Shown: positions 8,624 through 21,469, numbered from the stretch's first letter. The stretch: 26,423 bases of DNA from Prevotellaceae bacterium (GCA_031259935.1 JAIRKV010000032.1:1-26423); one strand, 5' to 3'. A program made the numbers and translations. Notes: a model not told the origin generated them from the sequence alone.

Positions 8624-8695
8624 GCCAGCGTAGCTCAGAGGTAGAGCACTTCCTTGGTAAGGAAGGGGTCGCGAGTTCAATTCTCGCCGCCGGCT
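8624..8695 (+). tRNA. tRNA-Thr (GGT)
   Basis: Acceptor GCCAGCG/CGCCGGC with one A-C mismatch, anticodon arm CTTCC-TTGGTAA-GGAAG, T arm GCGAG-TTCAATT-CTCGC. Confidence 0.93.
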
Positions 8696-8801
8696 CTAAC
8701 TCAAAAGCAAATAAAGTTTTTTGCAAAATGAAAACAGTAAACAGAAATTTTGAAGATAAAATTGTATTAATATATTTTTAACGTTAAAAAAATAAAAAAT
8801 T

Positions 8802-9989
8802 ATGGCAAAAGAAAAATTCGACAGATCGAAACCGCACGTTAATGTAGGAACGATAGGTCACGTTGACCACGGTAAGACAACGCTTACCGCAGCTATTACG
8901 ATGGTATTGGCAAAAAAAGGTCTTTCACAAATTATGACATTCGACCAGATTGACAATGCTCCTGAAGAAAAAGAACGTGGTATTACAATCAATACGGCAC
9001 ACGTTGAATATCAAACTGCTTTGCGACACTATGCTCACGTTGACTGTCCCGGACACGCCGATTATGTGAAAAACATGGTAACAGGCGCTGCTCAAATGGA
9101 CGGAGCAATTCTGGTTGTTGCAGCAACAGATGGTCCAATGCCTCAAACAAACGAACACGTACTTTTGGCACGTCAGGTAAACGTTCCTAAAATTGTTGTG
9201 TTTTTGAACAAATGCGACATGGTAGACGACCCTGAAATGTTAGACCTTGTAGAAATGGAAGTTCGCGACTTGTTGAGCAAATACAACTATGACGGCGACA
9301 ATGCTCCCGTTATTCGCGGATCTGCATTGGGCGGATTGAACGGCGATCCTCAGTGGGAAGAAAAAATTCTGGAACTTATGGATGCTGTTGACTCTTATAT
9401 TCCGATTCCTGTTCGCGACAACGAAAAACCGTTCCTTCTGCCTGTTGAAGACGTATTCTCAATCACAGGACGTGGAACAGTTGCTACAGGTCGTATCGAA
9501 ACAGGCATTATTAAAATAGGAGATGAAATGGAAATTATAGGACTTGGCGAAAAACCAAGGAAAACAATTTGTACAGGTGTAGAAATGTTCCGTAAAATCC
9601 TCGACTCCGGTGAGGCAGGCGATAACGTAGGTTTATTACTTCGCGGTATCGACAAAAAAGAAGTAAAACGCGGGCAAGTAATAGCAAAACCCGGTTCGAT
9701 TACTCCTCATACTTTATTCGAAGCAGAAATTTACGTATTAAAGAAAGAAGAAGGCGGACGCCATACACCTTTCCACAACAAATATCGTCCGCAATTCTAT
9801 TTGCGTACGCTTGACGTAACCGGCGAAGTACAACTTCCGGCAGGTGTAGAAATGGTAATGCCAGGCGATAACGTAACGATTAATGTTAAGTTGATTTACC
9901 CTGTTGCAATAAACCAGGGATTACGCTTTGCAATTCGCGAAGGCGGACGCACGGTTGGAGCAGGTCAAATCACCAAAATATTAGAATAA
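8802..9989 (+). CDS. tuf: Elongation factor Tu
   Basis: [43 protein letters not shown] and [13 protein letters not shown]. Confidence 0.99.
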   Translation: MAKEKFDRSKPHVNVGTIGHVDHGKTTLTAAITMVLAKKGLSQIMTFDQIDNAPEEKERGITINTAHVEYQTALRHYAHVDCPGHADYVKNMVTGAAQMDGAILVVAATDGPMPQTNEHVLLARQVNVPKIVVFLNKCDMVDDPEMLDLVEMEVRDLLSKYNYDGDNAPVIRGSALGGLNGDPQWEEKILELMDAVDSYIPIPVRDNEKPFLLPVEDVFSITGRGTVATGRIETGIIKIGDEMEIIGLGEKPRKTICTGVEMFRKILDSGEAGDNVGLLLRGIDKKEVKRGQVIAKPGSITPHTLFEAEIYVLKKEEGGRHTPFHNKYRPQFYLRTLDVTGEVQLPAGVEMVMPGDNVTINVKLIYPVAINQGLRFAIREGGRTVGAGQITKILE

Positions 9990-9995
9990 ACATTC

Positions 9996-10026
9996 AAACA
10001 TTCGACTATAAAAACAGTCGAAGTTT
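9996..10026 (+). other. Stem-loop between tuf and tRNA-Trp
   Basis: TTCGACT (10001-10007) pairs with AGTCGAA (10016-10022), extendable by AAAC/GTTT. Confidence 0.5.
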
Positions 10027-10027
10027 C

Positions 10028-10098
10028 AGGGGTGTAGTTCAAGGGCAGAATAGCGGTCTCCAAAACCGTTGATGGGAGTTCGAATCTCTCCACCCCTG
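10028..10098 (+). tRNA. tRNA-Trp (CCA)
   Basis: Acceptor AGGGGTG/CACCCCT, anticodon arm GCGGT-CTCCAAA-ACCGT, T-loop TTCGAAT. Confidence 0.95.
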
Positions 10099-10195
10099 CA
10101 AAATTGTTAAGAGTTACGACTTGATGATTTGTATTTAATAACAAGTAAACATTGGCGGCTTCCACACCAGAGTTTGCAAATAAAAATTATTAAAA

Positions 10196-10387
10196 ATGAT
10201 AAAAAAAATTAAGACATATCTGAAAAATGCCTATACCGAACTTGTGAAAAAAGTTGCATGGCCAACATGGAAAGAGTTGCAAAGCAGCGCATTATTAGTA
10301 ATGCTTGCTTCACTTATTCTTGCAATCGTTATTTTTGCAATGGATATTACTCTTGAAAATGTCATGAAATTTATTTATAGCATGTAA
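10196..10387 (+). CDS. secE: Preprotein translocase subunit SecE (single-TM form)
   Basis: ELVKKVAWPTWKEL motif, one TM helix, position between tRNA-Trp and nusG. Confidence 0.95.
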   Translation: MIKKIKTYLKNAYTELVKKVAWPTWKELQSSALLVMLASLILAIVIFAMDITLENVMKFIYSM

Positions 10388-10420
10388 AAAATTATAATTT
10401 TATAAACAAAGAAATTAAAT

Positions 10421-10960
10421 ATGAACGAACCTGTAAAAAAATGGTATGTTCTTAGAGCGGCAGGCGGAAAAGAAAGAAAAGCGAAAGAATATATAGAAAA
10501 CGAAAAACGTTTGAAAGAATATGTTTCGCAAGTGCTTATTCCTACAGAAAAAATTTATCAGGTAAAAAACGGTAAAAAGATTCTGAAAGAACGAGTGTTC
10601 TACCCTGGATATGTTTTAGTTGAAGTTGTTCTTACCGGCGAAGTACAGCATATATTACGTAATATTCCAAACGTTTCGGGATTTCTTACGGAAAAAAAAG
10701 GAGGCAATCCTGTTCCGTTGCGCGAAAATGAAATTAACAGAATATTAGGAAAAGTAGATGAAATGGCTTTGGACGGCGAAGAAATAATCATACCTTTTAT
10801 AGCAGGAGAACCCGTTAAAGTGACAGATGGACCTTTCAACGGATTTTCAGGCACTGTAGAAGAAGTAAATGAAGAAACGAAAAAACTTGTAGTGATGGTA
10901 AAAATCTTCGGACGACAAACGCCACTGCAATTAGACTTCGTACAAGTACAAAAAGAATAA
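10421..10960 (+). CDS. nusG: Transcription termination/antitermination factor NusG
   Basis: KWYVL, YPGYVLVE, KOW domain VKVTDGPFNGFSGTVEEV, and VKIFGR. Confidence 0.97.
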   Translation: MNEPVKKWYVLRAAGGKERKAKEYIENEKRLKEYVSQVLIPTEKIYQVKNGKKILKERVFYPGYVLVEVVLTGEVQHILRNIPNVSGFLTEKKGGNPVPLRENEINRILGKVDEMALDGEEIIIPFIAGEPVKVTDGPFNGFSGTVEEVNEETKKLVVMVKIFGRQTPLQLDFVQVQKE

Positions 10961-10977
10961 ATTAAAAGTATTTTGAA

Positions 10978-11424
10978 ATGGCAAAAGAAATTGCTGGACT
11001 AATAAAATTACAAATTAAAGGAGGAGCGGCAAATCCGTCGCCTCCGGTGGGTCCTGCGTTAGGTTCTAAAGGCGTAAACATCATGGAGTTTTGCAAACAG
11101 TTTAATGCAAGAACTCAGGATAAGGCAGGTAAAATATTACCTGTAATTATCACCGTTTATACCGATAAATCATTTGATTTCGTTGTAAAACAGCCACCGG
11201 TTGCCGTACAATTGAAAGAAGCCGCAAAATTACAGTCGGGTTCGGCAGAGCCTAATCGTAATAAAGTAGCGAAAATCACATGGGATCAAGTGAGAGCAAT
11301 AGCAGAAAGTAAGATGCCTGATTTAAATTCATTCACCGTTGCATCGGCAATGAGAATGATAGCAGGAACAGCAAGAAGTATGGGTATTACCGTAACAGGA
11401 GATATCCCTGCCGAGTTAAACTAA
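10978..11424 (+). CDS. rplK: 50S ribosomal protein L11
   Basis: [24 protein letters not shown] and IAGTARSMG. Confidence 0.99.
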   Translation: MAKEIAGLIKLQIKGGAANPSPPVGPALGSKGVNIMEFCKQFNARTQDKAGKILPVIITVYTDKSFDFVVKQPPVAVQLKEAAKLQSGSAEPNRNKVAKITWDQVRAIAESKMPDLNSFTVASAMRMIAGTARSMGITVTGDIPAELN

Positions 11425-11439
11425 AAATTTCATGAGGAA

Positions 11440-12141
11440 ATGAGTAAGCTTACAAAAAATCAAAAAGCAGCCGATGCCAGGATAGAAGCAGGAAAAACCT
11501 ACAAGTTGATTGAAGCCGCAAAACTGTTGAAAGAAATATCTTATACAAAGTTTGATGCATCAATAGATTTGGATGTTCGTCTTGGCGTTGACCCTCGAAA
11601 AGCAAATCAGATGGTCAGAGGCGTTGTAACACTCCCGCATGGTACGGGAAAAATGGTAAGAGTGCTTGCCCTTGTTACTCCGGACAAAGAAACAGAAGCA
11701 AAAGAAGCAGGCGCCGAATACGTTGGTCTTGACGAATATATCGACAAGATTAAAGGAGGCTGGACAGATATTGACGTCATTATCTGTACGCCAAGCGTAA
11801 TGGCAAAAGTTGGCGCTCTCGGACGCATTCTTGGACCTCGAGGATTAATGCCTAATCCCAAAACCGGAACAGTAACAATGGACGTAGGCAAGGCAATTAA
11901 AGAAGTTAAAGCAGGTAAAATTGATTTTAAGGTTGATAAATTCGGTATCGTTCATGCATCGGTAGCAAAAGTATCTTTCAGCCCTGAGGCTATAGCAGAA
12001 AATGCAAAAGAACTTTTAGAAACCATAGTAAAATTGAAACCGCAAGCCACAAAAGGCACTTACGTAAAAAGTGTGCACATCTCATCAACAATGAGCCGTG
12101 GTTTGTCTATCGACCTCAAAACAATGAATGACGCAAATTAA
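11440..12141 (+). CDS. rplA: 50S ribosomal protein L1
   Basis: [25 protein letters not shown] and [16 protein letters not shown]. Confidence 0.99.
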   Translation: MSKLTKNQKAADARIEAGKTYKLIEAAKLLKEISYTKFDASIDLDVRLGVDPRKANQMVRGVVTLPHGTGKMVRVLALVTPDKETEAKEAGAEYVGLDEYIDKIKGGWTDIDVIICTPSVMAKVGALGRILGPRGLMPNPKTGTVTMDVGKAIKEVKAGKIDFKVDKFGIVHASVAKVSFSPEAIAENAKELLETIVKLKPQATKGTYVKSVHISSTMSRGLSIDLKTMNDAN

Positions 12142-12153
12142 ACTGTTGATATC

Positions 12154-12675
12154 ATGAGAAAAGAAGGAAAAAACGCGTTAATTAATGGATTAGTTGCTGA
12201 ATTAAATAAAGCTCCTAACTTCTATGTAGCAGATATTTCAGGTTTGAACGCAGAAAACACATCAAAATTACGCAGACTGTGTTTTGAAAAAAACATCAAA
12301 CTCATAGTAGTAAAAAATACTCTGCTTAAAAAAGCTTTAGAGCAAAAAGATTTTCCCGAATCAGACTTGTATTCAATACTGCAAGGACCAACATCAATAA
12401 TGATAACCGATACGCCAAACACACCTGCCAAATTAATTGAAGAATTTGGCAAAAAGTATGGCAAACCGGTATTGAAAGGCGCTTACGTACAAGAATGTCT
12501 GTTTATAGGCGAAAATAATCTTGATGCACTGATACACATCAAATCTCGTGAAGAACTTATTGGCGAGATTGTTGGAATGTTGCAATCACCGGCAAGAAAT
12601 GTCATTTCGGCATTACAGTCAGCTGGCGGTAAATTGGCAGGCATAGTTAAAACATTGTCTGAAAAATCAGAATAA
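12154..12675 (+). CDS. rplJ: 50S ribosomal protein L10
   Basis: VVKNTLLKKAL, KSREELIGEIVGMLQSP and position between rplA and rplL. Confidence 0.97.
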   Translation: MRKEGKNALINGLVAELNKAPNFYVADISGLNAENTSKLRRLCFEKNIKLIVVKNTLLKKALEQKDFPESDLYSILQGPTSIMITDTPNTPAKLIEEFGKKYGKPVLKGAYVQECLFIGENNLDALIHIKSREELIGEIVGMLQSPARNVISALQSAGGKLAGIVKTLSEKSE

Positions 12676-12715
12676 AACATAAAAGAAATTATTAATAATT
12701 ATAAAAAAAAATAAA

Positions 12716-13090
12716 ATGGCAGATATTAAAAAATTTGCAGAAGAGTTAGTCAATCTATCTGTTAAAGAAGTTCAAGAACTTGCAAACATTTTGAAAGAAG
12801 AATACGGTATAGAACCGGCAGCAGCAGCCGTTGCGGTTGCAGCACCTGCAGCAGGAGATGCTGCTCCCGTTGCAGAACAAACCGAATTTGACGTAATCTT
12901 AAAATCAGCAGGACAGGCAAAACTTCAAATAGTGAAACTTGTAAAAGATATCACAGGTCTTGGTTTAAAAGAAGCCAAAGAATTAGTTGATGCAGCACCA
13001 AAAGCAATTAAAGAAAAAATTGCCAAAGGCGATGCAGAACAAATTAAAGGTCAAATAGAAGAAGCAGGCGGAGAAGTTGAAATTAAATAA
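12716..13090 (+). CDS. rplL: 50S ribosomal protein L7/L12
   Basis: [15 protein letters not shown] hinge, EQTEFDVIL and [13 protein letters not shown]. Confidence 0.99.
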   Translation: MADIKKFAEELVNLSVKEVQELANILKEEYGIEPAAAAVAVAAPAAGDAAPVAEQTEFDVILKSAGQAKLQIVKLVKDITGLGLKEAKELVDAAPKAIKEKIAKGDAEQIKGQIEEAGGEVEIK

Positions 13091-13121
13091 ACTTAACTTC
13101 CGCCTGCCGGGCTTTTATTTT

Positions 13122-13158
13122 AGGTTTAGAACCTTATAAAAGGGTTCTAAGCCTTTTT
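13122..13158 (+). terminator. Intrinsic terminator/attenuator-like hairpin between rplL and rpoB
   Basis: AGGTTTAGAACCT pairs with GGGTTCTAAGCCT (two G-U pairs) and is followed by a T run. Confidence 0.7.
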
Positions 13159-13191
13159 GTCATTAAAAAGTTTTGAAAAAATTTCACAAAA

Positions 13192-16100
13192 ATGCTTCAG
13201 AATAAAACAAACAGAATAAATTTCGCATCGTCGAAAATTCAATTTCCATACCCTGATTTTTTGGAAATCCAGTTAAAATCTTTTAAAGATTTTTTTCAAC
13301 TTGAAACAACAGCCGAAAACAGGAGAAACGAAGGACTTTTTAAAGTCTTTCAAGATAATTTTCCAATAACCGATACTCGGAATAATTTCGTTTTAGAGTT
13401 TATCGACTATTTTATCGACCCTCCGCGCTATACGATTGAAGAATGTCTCGACAGAGGTTTAACTTACAGCGTTCCGTTGAAAGCCAAACTTAAACTGTAC
13501 TGTACGGATACCGAGCACGAAGATTTCGATACAGTAATACAGGACGTATATCTCGGAATGATTCCATACATGACATCGCAAGGAACATTTGTGATAAACG
13601 GAGCCGAACGCGTTGTTGTATCTCAATTGCATCGTTCGCCGGGAATGTTTTTCGGACAAAGCATCCATGCAAACGGCACAAAATTATATTCGGCAAGAAT
13701 CATCCCGTTCAAAGGTTCGTGGATTGAATTTGCTACCGATATTAACAATGTGATGTATGCATATATCGACAGAAAAAAGAAACTGCCGGTAACAACACTT
13801 CTGCGTGCCATAGGCTTTGAGTCGGATAAGGATATTCTTGAAATATTCGACCTTGCTGATGAGATAGAAATAACAACTGCAAACATGGAACAGGTTGCAG
13901 GTCGCCGTCTGGTTGCTCGCGTACTTAAATCATGGGTAGAAGATTTCGTAGATGAAGATACGGGAGAAGTCGTATCCATTGAACGTAACGAAGTAATTAT
14001 TGACCGCGAAACAATAATAGAACCAAAACATTTACAAGCTATTATCGAATCGGGAGCAAAATCAATACTTGTACATAAAGAAACTGTAAATTCGGGCGAT
14101 TATGCAATAATACATAATACATTACAGAAAGACCCGTGCAATTCGGAAAAAGATGCGGTAACTTATGTATATCGTCAGTTACGCAGTTCCGAACCACCTG
14201 ACGAAGCTACAGCTCGAGATGTAATCGACAAACTGTTCTTCTCCGACAAACGTTACGATTTAGGTGATGTAGGCCGTTTTCGCATAAACAGAAAATTAAA
14301 TCTGAACATCTCGCCCGAAACCAGAGTTCTTACCCGTGAAGACATCATTGCAATTATAAAATATCTTATACAGCTTATAAATTCTAAAGCAGATGTTGAT
14401 GATATCGATCATTTAAGCAACAGAAGAGTACGCACAGTAGGAGAACAACTTGCAAATCAATTTGGTATAGGTCTGGCCCGTATGGCTCGAACAATCAGAG
14501 AGCGAATGAATGTACGCGATAATGAAGTGTTTACGCCCATAGATCTGATAAATGCAAAAACACTTTCATCGGTTATAAATTCGTTTTTCGGAACAAACCA
14601 GCTTTCACAATTTATGGATCAAACAAATCCGCTGGCAGAAATGACTCACAAACGCCGTTTGTCGGCTCTTGGACCCGGCGGACTTTCACGTGAACGCGCA
14701 GGATTTGAAGTACGCGACGTACACTATACGCACTACGGTCGTTTGTGTCCTATCGAAACGCCCGAAGGTCCGAATATCGGATTAATATCATCGCTTTGTG
14801 TTTACGCAAAGATAAATAATCTCGGATTTATTGAAACTCCGTATCGCGATGTGAACGAAGGCAGAGTAGATTTGGACAATTCAAACGTAAAATATTACAG
14901 CGCCGAAGACGAAGAATCAAAAACAATTGCACAAGCCAATGCAAAGTTAAATAAAGATGGCTTTTTTGCCGAAAATCGCGTAAAATCGCGTGTTGAAGCA
15001 GATTTTCCATTGGCTGATCACAGTAAAATAGATTTGATGGACGTTGCTCCAAACCAAATAGCATCGATAGCAGCATCGTTAATTCCATTTCTTGAACACG
15101 ACGATGCCAACCGCGCTCTTATGGGTTCAAACATGATGCGTCAGGCAGTTCCATTAATTGCTCCCGAAGCCCCGATTGTAGGAACGGGACTGGAAAGCCA
15201 GATTGTGGTTGATGGACGTACGCAAATCACAGCCGCCGATAACGGCGAAATAGTATATGTTGATGCAAACGAAATACATATAAAATACGATGCAACAGAA
15301 ACAGAACGTTTTATAAGTTTCGACAAGGAAATAACGATTTGTAAAATTCCTATTTATCGAAAAACAAACCAAAGCATGTGTATCAATCTTCGACCGATAG
15401 TTCGCAGAGGACAGCGAGTGAAAAAAGATGATATTCTCACCGAAGGTTATTGCACACAAGGCGGAGAACTCGCACTGGGATGCAACCTGAAAGTTGCTTT
15501 CATGCCCTGGCAGGGTTACAACTTTGAAGATGCCGTTGTACTGTCGGAACGAATGGTAAGAGATGACATGTACACATCAATACATATCGATGAATATATT
15601 ATGGAAGTGCGCGAAACAAAACGCGGACTCGAAGAACTTACATCCGACATTCCGAATGTAAGCGATGATGCAACGAAAGATTTGGACGAACACGGAATCA
15701 TACGCATTGGCGCAAATGTAGAGCCGGGAGATATTCTTATAGGTAAAATTACTCCAAAAGGAGAATCAGACCCGTCGCCCGAAGAAAAACTTTTACGCGC
15801 AATATTCGGCGATACGGCAGGAGATGTGAAAGATGCATCGCTCAAAGCAACGCCATCATTACGCGGAACAGTTGTCAACAAAATGCTGTTTTCACGCGTT
15901 ATAAAAGACAACAAAAAGTCGTCAAAACAAAACGAAAAACAGTTGCTTTTGCAGGTAGATACTGATTTTGAAAAACGTACAGCCAAATTAAAAGAAATAC
16001 TTGTCGAAAAACTTACCGAAATTCTCGATGGCAAAACATCTCAAATGATTGTAGATTATTACGGAGTCGAAATAATTACAAAAGGAACTAAATTTACATC

Positions 16101-17007
16101 TAAAATTCTCGAAGATGTTGATTATATTTTGATTAATCCAAATAAATGGACAACCGACAAAGAAAAAAATACAATCATTAAAAAAGTAATCAACAATTAC
16201 TTAATAAAATATAAAGAACTGGATGCCGAAAGCAAACGTAAGAAATATAACATTACAATTGGCGACGAACTTCCTGTTGGAATAGTGCAGCTGGCAAAAG
16301 TTTATATTGCCAAAAAACGCAAAATACGCGTAGGTGATAAAATGGCAGGACGACACGGAAACAAAGGCATTGTAGCCCGTATTGTTCGCGATGCCGATAT
16401 GCCTTTCCTTGAAGATGGCAGTATTGTTGATGTAGTGCTTAATCCACTCGGAGTGCCTTCACGTATGAATTTGGGACAAATTTACGAAACCGTTCTCGGC
16501 TGGGCAGGCAAAGAATTGAATCTTAAATTTGCAACTCCTATTTTTGACGGTGCAACACTCGACGATATTTGTAAATATACCGACAAAGCCAAACTTCCAC
16601 GTTATGGAAAAACTTATTTGCGCGATGGAGGAACCGGCGAGCCGTTCGACCAGCCTGCTACGGTAGGAGTTATATATTACATAAAACTCGGACACATGGT
16701 CGACGACAAAATGCACGCACGCTCAATAGGTCCATATTCGCTTATAACGCAACAACCGCTTGGAGGTAAAGCTCAATTCGGAGGACAGCGTTTTGGAGAA
16801 ATGGAAGTCTGGGCGCTTGAAGCATTCGGAGCATCAAATATTTTACAGGAAATATTAACGATAAAATCAGACGACGTTATAGGCAGAGCAAAAGCCTATG
16901 AAGCAATTGTGCGCGGAGACCCAATGCCTGTACCCGGAATACCGGAATCGTTAAATGTGCTGTTGCACGAATTGAGAGGTTTAGCTTTGAGCGTTAAACT
17001 TGAATAG
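13192..17007 (+). CDS. rpoB: RNA polymerase beta subunit
   Basis: 1271 aa; [45 protein letters not shown] and [15 protein letters not shown]. Confidence 0.99.
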   Translation: MLQNKTNRINFASSKIQFPYPDFLEIQLKSFKDFFQLETTAENRRNEGLFKVFQDNFPITDTRNNFVLEFIDYFIDPPRYTIEECLDRGLTYSVPLKAKLKLYCTDTEHEDFDTVIQDVYLGMIPYMTSQGTFVINGAERVVVSQLHRSPGMFFGQSIHANGTKLYSARIIPFKGSWIEFATDINNVMYAYIDRKKKLPVTTLLRAIGFESDKDILEIFDLADEIEITTANMEQVAGRRLVARVLKSWVEDFVDEDTGEVVSIERNEVIIDRETIIEPKHLQAIIESGAKSILVHKETVNSGDYAIIHNTLQKDPCNSEKDAVTYVYRQLRSSEPPDEATARDVIDKLFFSDKRYDLGDVGRFRINRKLNLNISPETRVLTREDIIAIIKYLIQLINSKADVDDIDHLSNRRVRTVGEQLANQFGIGLARMARTIRERMNVRDNEVFTPIDLINAKTLSSVINSFFGTNQLSQFMDQTNPLAEMTHKRRLSALGPGGLSRERAGFEVRDVHYTHYGRLCPIETPEGPNIGLISSLCVYAKINNLGFIETPYRDVNEGRVDLDNSNVKYYSAEDEESKTIAQANAKLNKDGFFAENRVKSRVEADFPLADHSKIDLMDVAPNQIASIAASLIPFLEHDDANRALMGSNMMRQAVPLIAPEAPIVGTGLESQIVVDGRTQITAADNGEIVYVDANEIHIKYDATETERFISFDKEITICKIPIYRKTNQSMCINLRPIVRRGQRVKKDDILTEGYCTQGGELALGCNLKVAFMPWQGYNFEDAVVLSERMVRDDMYTSIHIDEYIMEVRETKRGLEELTSDIPNVSDDATKDLDEHGIIRIGANVEPGDILIGKITPKGESDPSPEEKLLRAIFGDTAGDVKDASLKATPSLRGTVVNKMLFSRVIKDNKKSSKQNEKQLLLQVDTDFEKRTAKLKEILVEKLTEILDGKTSQMIVDYYGVEIITKGTKFTSKILEDVDYILINPNKWTTDKEKNTIIKKVINNYLIKYKELDAESKRKKYNITIGDELPVGIVQLAKVYIAKKRKIRVGDKMAGRHGNKGIVARIVRDADMPFLEDGSIVDVVLNPLGVPSRMNLGQIYETVLGWAGKELNLKFATPIFDGATLDDICKYTDKAKLPRYGKTYLRDGGTGEPFDQPATVGVIYYIKLGHMVDDKMHARSIGPYSLITQQPLGGKAQFGGQRFGEMEVWALEAFGASNILQEILTIKSDDVIGRAKAYEAIVRGDPMPVPGIPESLNVLLHELRGLALSVKLE

Positions 17008-17097
17008 TGAAAATTATCTCATTGTACATATTATAAACTACATACTGTCTTAAAATTATTTATAAAGTAGAAATTCTTATTAATAAAACAGAATACA

Positions 17098-20000
17098 ATG
17101 GCTTTAAAAAAAGAAAATAAAGTTAAAAGTAACTTTAATAAAATTAAAATCGGTTTGGCATCGCCCGAAGAAATACTGGAACATTCGAGCGGTGAAGTTT
17201 TTAAGCCTGAAACAATAAATTACAGAACATATAAACCCGAACGCGATGGTTTGTTTTGCGAACGCATTTTCGGACCTGTAAAAGATTACGAATGTCATTG
17301 CGGAAAATACAAACGCATACGATACAAAGGTATAGTTTGCGACCGCTGCGGCGTTGAAGTTACCGAAAAAAAAGTACGACGCGAAAGAGTAGGACACATC
17401 TCGTTGATAGTGCCGGTAGCTCATATCTGGTATTTCCGTTCAAATCCAAATAAAATAGGTTATTTGCTCGGCATTCCCGCAAAAAAACTGGAAGCAATTA
17501 TTTACTACGAAAAATACATAGTTATTAATCCCGGTATAAAAAAGGCAGATGGAGTCAATAAATATGATTTGCTTACAGGAGATGAATATGATGATTTGAT
17601 AGCAACATTGCCAAAAGACAATCAATCGCTTGATGACGAAGATCCGAATAAATTTGTAGCAGGAATGGGCGCTGAAGTTATCTATAAATTTCTTGCCGAA
17701 CTCAACTTGGATGAACTTTCATATTCGTTGCGCTACAAGGCAAATACCGAAACATCGCAGCAGCGGAAAGCAGATGCACTTAAACGTCTGAACGTGGTTG
17801 AAGCATTCCGCGAAGCCAAAGATATTAACAAACCCGAATGGATGGTTATGAAAGTGCTTCCGGTTATTCCACCCGAATTGCGACCTTTAGTGCCACTTGA
17901 CGGCGGACGTTTTGCAACATCCGATTTAAACGATTTGTATAGACGCGTAATTATCCGCAACAATCGGCTTAAACGGCTTATTGAAATAAAAGCGCCCGAC
18001 GTGATTCTTCGAAACGAAAAACGCATGTTGCAGGAAGCCGTTGATTCGCTGTTCGACAATTCGCGCAAATCAAATGCCGTAAAAACAGAATCAAATCGAG
18101 CCTTAAAATCTCTTTCCGATTCCCTGAAAGGCAAACAGGGACGTTTCCGCCAAAACCTGTTAGGTAAACGCGTAGACTATTCGGCTCGCTCGGTAATAGT
18201 TGTCGGTCCGGAACTGAAAATGCACGAATGTGGCTTGCCAAAAGATATGGCTTCCGAATTGTATAAACCGTTCGTTATTCGCAAACTTATAGAACGCGGA
18301 ATAGTAAAAACCGTGAAATCGGCAAAGAAAATAGTTGACCGAAAAGATCCTGTAGTATATGATATTTTGGAAAATGTGATGAAAGGACATCCTGTTTTAC
18401 TGAATCGCGCTCCAACATTACACCGCTTGGGAATTCAGGCATTTCAGCCAAAATTGATTGAAGGAAAAGCTATCCAGTTGCATCCTCTTGCATGTACGGC
18501 TTTTAACGCCGACTTTGATGGCGACCAAATGGCAGTTCATTTGCCTCTCGGTAATGCAGCAATTCTTGAAGCACAGTTACTGATGCTTGGCTCGCACAAT
18601 ATTCTTAATCCTGCCAACGGCGCGCCAATCACAGTGCCATCACAGGATATGGTGCTTGGTTTGTATTATATCACAAAACCAAGAAAAGATGCACAGGGCG
18701 AAGGATTTGTATTTTACGGAACAGAAGAAGCAATTATCGCTTATAACGAAAAACGAACAGATTTGCACGCAATAGTTAAAGTCCGTATCAACACAAAATC
18801 TGATGACGAAACCGAAAAAACCGAAATAATCGAAACAACCATAGGTCGTATAATTTTCAATCAGATTGTACCGGAAGAAGTAGGCTATATCAACGAATTG
18901 CTTACAAAAAAATCATTACGCGACATTATAGGTAAAGTATTGAAAAAAACAGGAATTGCACGTACATCCGAATTTCTTGATGATATTAAGAATTTGGGTT
19001 ATCAAATGGCATTTAAAGGAGGTCTGTCGTTCAATCTCGGAGATGTTATAGTTCCCGAAGAAAAAGCCAGATTAGTAGAAGAAGGCTATGTTCAGGTTGA
19101 AGAAGTAATGAACAACTATAACATGGGATTCATTACCAATAACGAACGCTATAACCAGATAATAGACATTTGGACACATACAAATTCACGTATCACAAAA
19201 ATATTGTTAAACCAGCTTGCTTCCGACAAACAGGGTTTCAATCCCGTATATATGATGCTCGATTCGGGCGCTCGCGGTTCAAAAGAACAGATTCGTCAGC
19301 TTGGCGGTATGCGCGGATTGATGGCAAAACCTCAAAAATCAGGCGCCGAAGGCGGACAAATCATCGAAAACCCTATTCTTGCAAATTTTAAAGAAGGACT
19401 TTCGGTACTCGAATATTTTATTTCAACTCACGGTGCACGCAAAGGTTTAGCCGATACGGCTCTTAAAACTGCCGATGCAGGTTATCTTACACGGCGTTTG
19501 GTTGATGTTTCACAAGATGTTATAATCAATGAAGACGATTGCGGCACATTGCGCGGACTTACTGTTACGGCAATTAAAAACAATGATGAAATAGTAGAAT
19601 CATTATACGAAAAAATACTTGGACGCACATCCGTGCATGATATTTTTCATCCGCTTACAGGCGCACTGATTATTGCAGCAGGCGATGAATTTACCGAAGA
19701 AATAGCAGCCGAAATAGATTCATCTCCAATCGAGCAGGTTGAAATTCGTTCGGTACTTACTTGCGAATCGCGCAAAGGCGTTTGCGCAAAATGTTACGGA
19801 CGCAATCTTGCAACAGGACGTATGGTACAGCGCGGCGAAGCTGTCGGAGTTATTGCAGCACAATCAATCGGCGAACCCGGCACACAGCTGACTCTTCGTA
19901 CATTCCACGTCGGCGGTGTTGCAGGAGGAGCAGCCACCGACAATAAAATAATTGCACGTTACGGAGGTCGCCTCGAAATTGACGAACTTCGTACAGTTAC

Positions 20001-21378
20001 AAAAGTCAATGACAATGACGAAAGCGTAGATATGGTTATAGGTCGTTTGGCAGAATTGAGAATTGTCGACGTAAATACAGGAATTACGCTGTATACACAC
20101 AATGTTCCCTACGGAGCAAGCCTGTATTTCAAAAACGGAACAATAATAAATAAAGGCGATATAATCTGCGATTACGACCCTTATAACGCTGTAATTATTT
20201 CGGAATACGCAGGAAAAATCGGCTTTGATGGTCTTATTGATGGCAGAACATATCGCGAAGAATCTGACGAACAGACAGGTTTCAGAGAAAAAGTTATTAT
20301 CGAATCACGCGAAAAAAATCTTAATCCCGTAGTTCAAATATTTGATTCAAAAAATATTGAAATAAAACAATACAACTTGCCCGTAGGCGCACATATTGTT
20401 GTTGAAGAAGAACAAAAAGTTAAAGCAGGCGATATTTTGGTGAAAATACCTCGAGCGCTGGGCAAAGCAGGCGATATTACAGGAGGACTTCCGCGCGTTA
20501 CGGAATTGTTCGAAGCACGAAATCCATCCAATCCTGCCGTTGTATCCGAAATAGATGGCGAAGTTTCATTAGGAAAAATAAAACGCGGTAATCGCGAAAT
20601 TATTGTAACATCAAAAACAGGCGAAGAAAAAAAATATCTCGTTCCGCTGTCGCGACAAATTCTTGTACAGGAAAACGATTATGTCAGAGCAGGAACGCCT
20701 CTTTCAGACGGAGCAATAACACCGCTGGATATATTGTTAATTCAAGGTCCGACAAAAGTACAGGAATATATTGTAAACGAAGTACAGGAAGTTTATCGAT
20801 TGCAGGGAGTAAAAATCAATGACAAGCATTTTGAAGTTATTGTTCGACAAATGATGCGTAAAGTAGAAATAATAGATCCGGGAGATACAAAATTCCTACC
20901 CGAACAGATTGTAGATAAGTGGGAATTTATGCAGGAAAACGATTGGATTTATGATAAAAAAGTTGTTGAAGACAGTGGCGATTCTACCGAACTTAAACAG
21001 GGTCAAATTGTAACGGCACGTCGTCTGCGCGACGAAAACTCAATGCTCAAACGTAAAGACAAAAAGCAGGTTATCGTAAGAGATGCAATGCCGGCTACAT
21101 CAAGTCAGGTTTTGCAGGGAATTACACGCGCAGCGCTGCAAACAACAAGTTATATTTCAGCAGCATCGTTCCAGGAAACAACAAAAGTACTGAACGAAGC
21201 AGCTATACGCGGTAAGGTAGATACTCTTGAAGGATTGAAAGAAAATGTTATTTGCGGACATCAACTTCCGGCCGGCACAGGTCTGAGACGCTTTGACAAT
21301 CTTGTTGTAGCATCGATGGATGATTATCAAAGAATGCTGTCAGGAAAACTCACAATTGATGAAAAAATTGCAAAATAA
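17098..21378 (+). CDS. rpoC: RNA polymerase beta' subunit
   Basis: 1426 aa; N-terminal Zn finger, catalytic [16 protein letters not shown] and ASFQET. Confidence 0.99.
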   Translation: MALKKENKVKSNFNKIKIGLASPEEILEHSSGEVFKPETINYRTYKPERDGLFCERIFGPVKDYECHCGKYKRIRYKGIVCDRCGVEVTEKKVRRERVGHISLIVPVAHIWYFRSNPNKIGYLLGIPAKKLEAIIYYEKYIVINPGIKKADGVNKYDLLTGDEYDDLIATLPKDNQSLDDEDPNKFVAGMGAEVIYKFLAELNLDELSYSLRYKANTETSQQRKADALKRLNVVEAFREAKDINKPEWMVMKVLPVIPPELRPLVPLDGGRFATSDLNDLYRRVIIRNNRLKRLIEIKAPDVILRNEKRMLQEAVDSLFDNSRKSNAVKTESNRALKSLSDSLKGKQGRFRQNLLGKRVDYSARSVIVVGPELKMHECGLPKDMASELYKPFVIRKLIERGIVKTVKSAKKIVDRKDPVVYDILENVMKGHPVLLNRAPTLHRLGIQAFQPKLIEGKAIQLHPLACTAFNADFDGDQMAVHLPLGNAAILEAQLLMLGSHNILNPANGAPITVPSQDMVLGLYYITKPRKDAQGEGFVFYGTEEAIIAYNEKRTDLHAIVKVRINTKSDDETEKTEIIETTIGRIIFNQIVPEEVGYINELLTKKSLRDIIGKVLKKTGIARTSEFLDDIKNLGYQMAFKGGLSFNLGDVIVPEEKARLVEEGYVQVEEVMNNYNMGFITNNERYNQIIDIWTHTNSRITKILLNQLASDKQGFNPVYMMLDSGARGSKEQIRQLGGMRGLMAKPQKSGAEGGQIIENPILANFKEGLSVLEYFISTHGARKGLADTALKTADAGYLTRRLVDVSQDVIINEDDCGTLRGLTVTAIKNNDEIVESLYEKILGRTSVHDIFHPLTGALIIAAGDEFTEEIAAEIDSSPIEQVEIRSVLTCESRKGVCAKCYGRNLATGRMVQRGEAVGVIAAQSIGEPGTQLTLRTFHVGGVAGGAATDNKIIARYGGRLEIDELRTVTKVNDNDESVDMVIGRLAELRIVDVNTGITLYTHNVPYGASLYFKNGTIINKGDIICDYDPYNAVIISEYAGKIGFDGLIDGRTYREESDEQTGFREKVIIESREKNLNPVVQIFDSKNIEIKQYNLPVGAHIVVEEEQKVKAGDILVKIPRALGKAGDITGGLPRVTELFEARNPSNPAVVSEIDGEVSLGKIKRGNREIIVTSKTGEEKKYLVPLSRQILVQENDYVRAGTPLSDGAITPLDILLIQGPTKVQEYIVNEVQEVYRLQGVKINDKHFEVIVRQMMRKVEIIDPGDTKFLPEQIVDKWEFMQENDWIYDKKVVEDSGDSTELKQGQIVTARRLRDENSMLKRKDKKQVIVRDAMPATSSQVLQGITRAALQTTSYISAASFQETTKVLNEAAIRGKVDTLEGLKENVICGHQLPAGTGLRRFDNLVVASMDDYQRMLSGKLTIDEKIAK

Positions 21379-21411
21379 CAGGATAATGTTATAAATATTC
21401 AATTAAGTAAG

Positions 21412-21469
21412 ATGTAAAATAATCTCCGATAATTGCTTGCAACTATCGGAGATTATTATTATTTTACAT
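21412..21469. terminator. Long, probably bidirectional terminator hairpin after rpoC
   Basis: Perfect 14 bp stem AATAATCTCCGATA (21418-21431)/TATCGGAGATTATT (21444-21457), with outer arms ATGTAAAAT/ATTTTACAT. Confidence 0.75.

Noticed and set aside
8234-8726. ORFs overlapping the tRNA cluster
   Set aside because: Their translations are typical artefacts of tRNA sequence (e.g. MDSNHRRRTPADLQSAPF).
8223-10098. tRNA genes lack encoded CCA, and genes lack Shine-Dalgarno sites
   Set aside because: Both are ordinary for Bacteroidota.
14580-14810. Ala in rpo[12 protein letters not shown] where E. coli has Ser522 (rifampicin region)
   Set aside because: As I recall, Ala is the natural residue in Bacteroidota; the other key Rif residues (Q, D, H, R, S) are intact.
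13459-20531. Many 60-172 aa antisense or alternate-frame ORFs inside rpoB, rpoC (e.g. 15516-16034) and likewise within tuf and the ribosomal protein genes
   Set aside because: They are shadows of highly conserved genes with no recognisable motifs or start signals.
13192-21378. Possible inteins, introns or rpoB-rpoC fusion
   Set aside because: Lengths (1271 and 1426 aa) are normal for the phylum, there are no splicing motifs, and the genes are separated by a stop and a 90-nt spacer.
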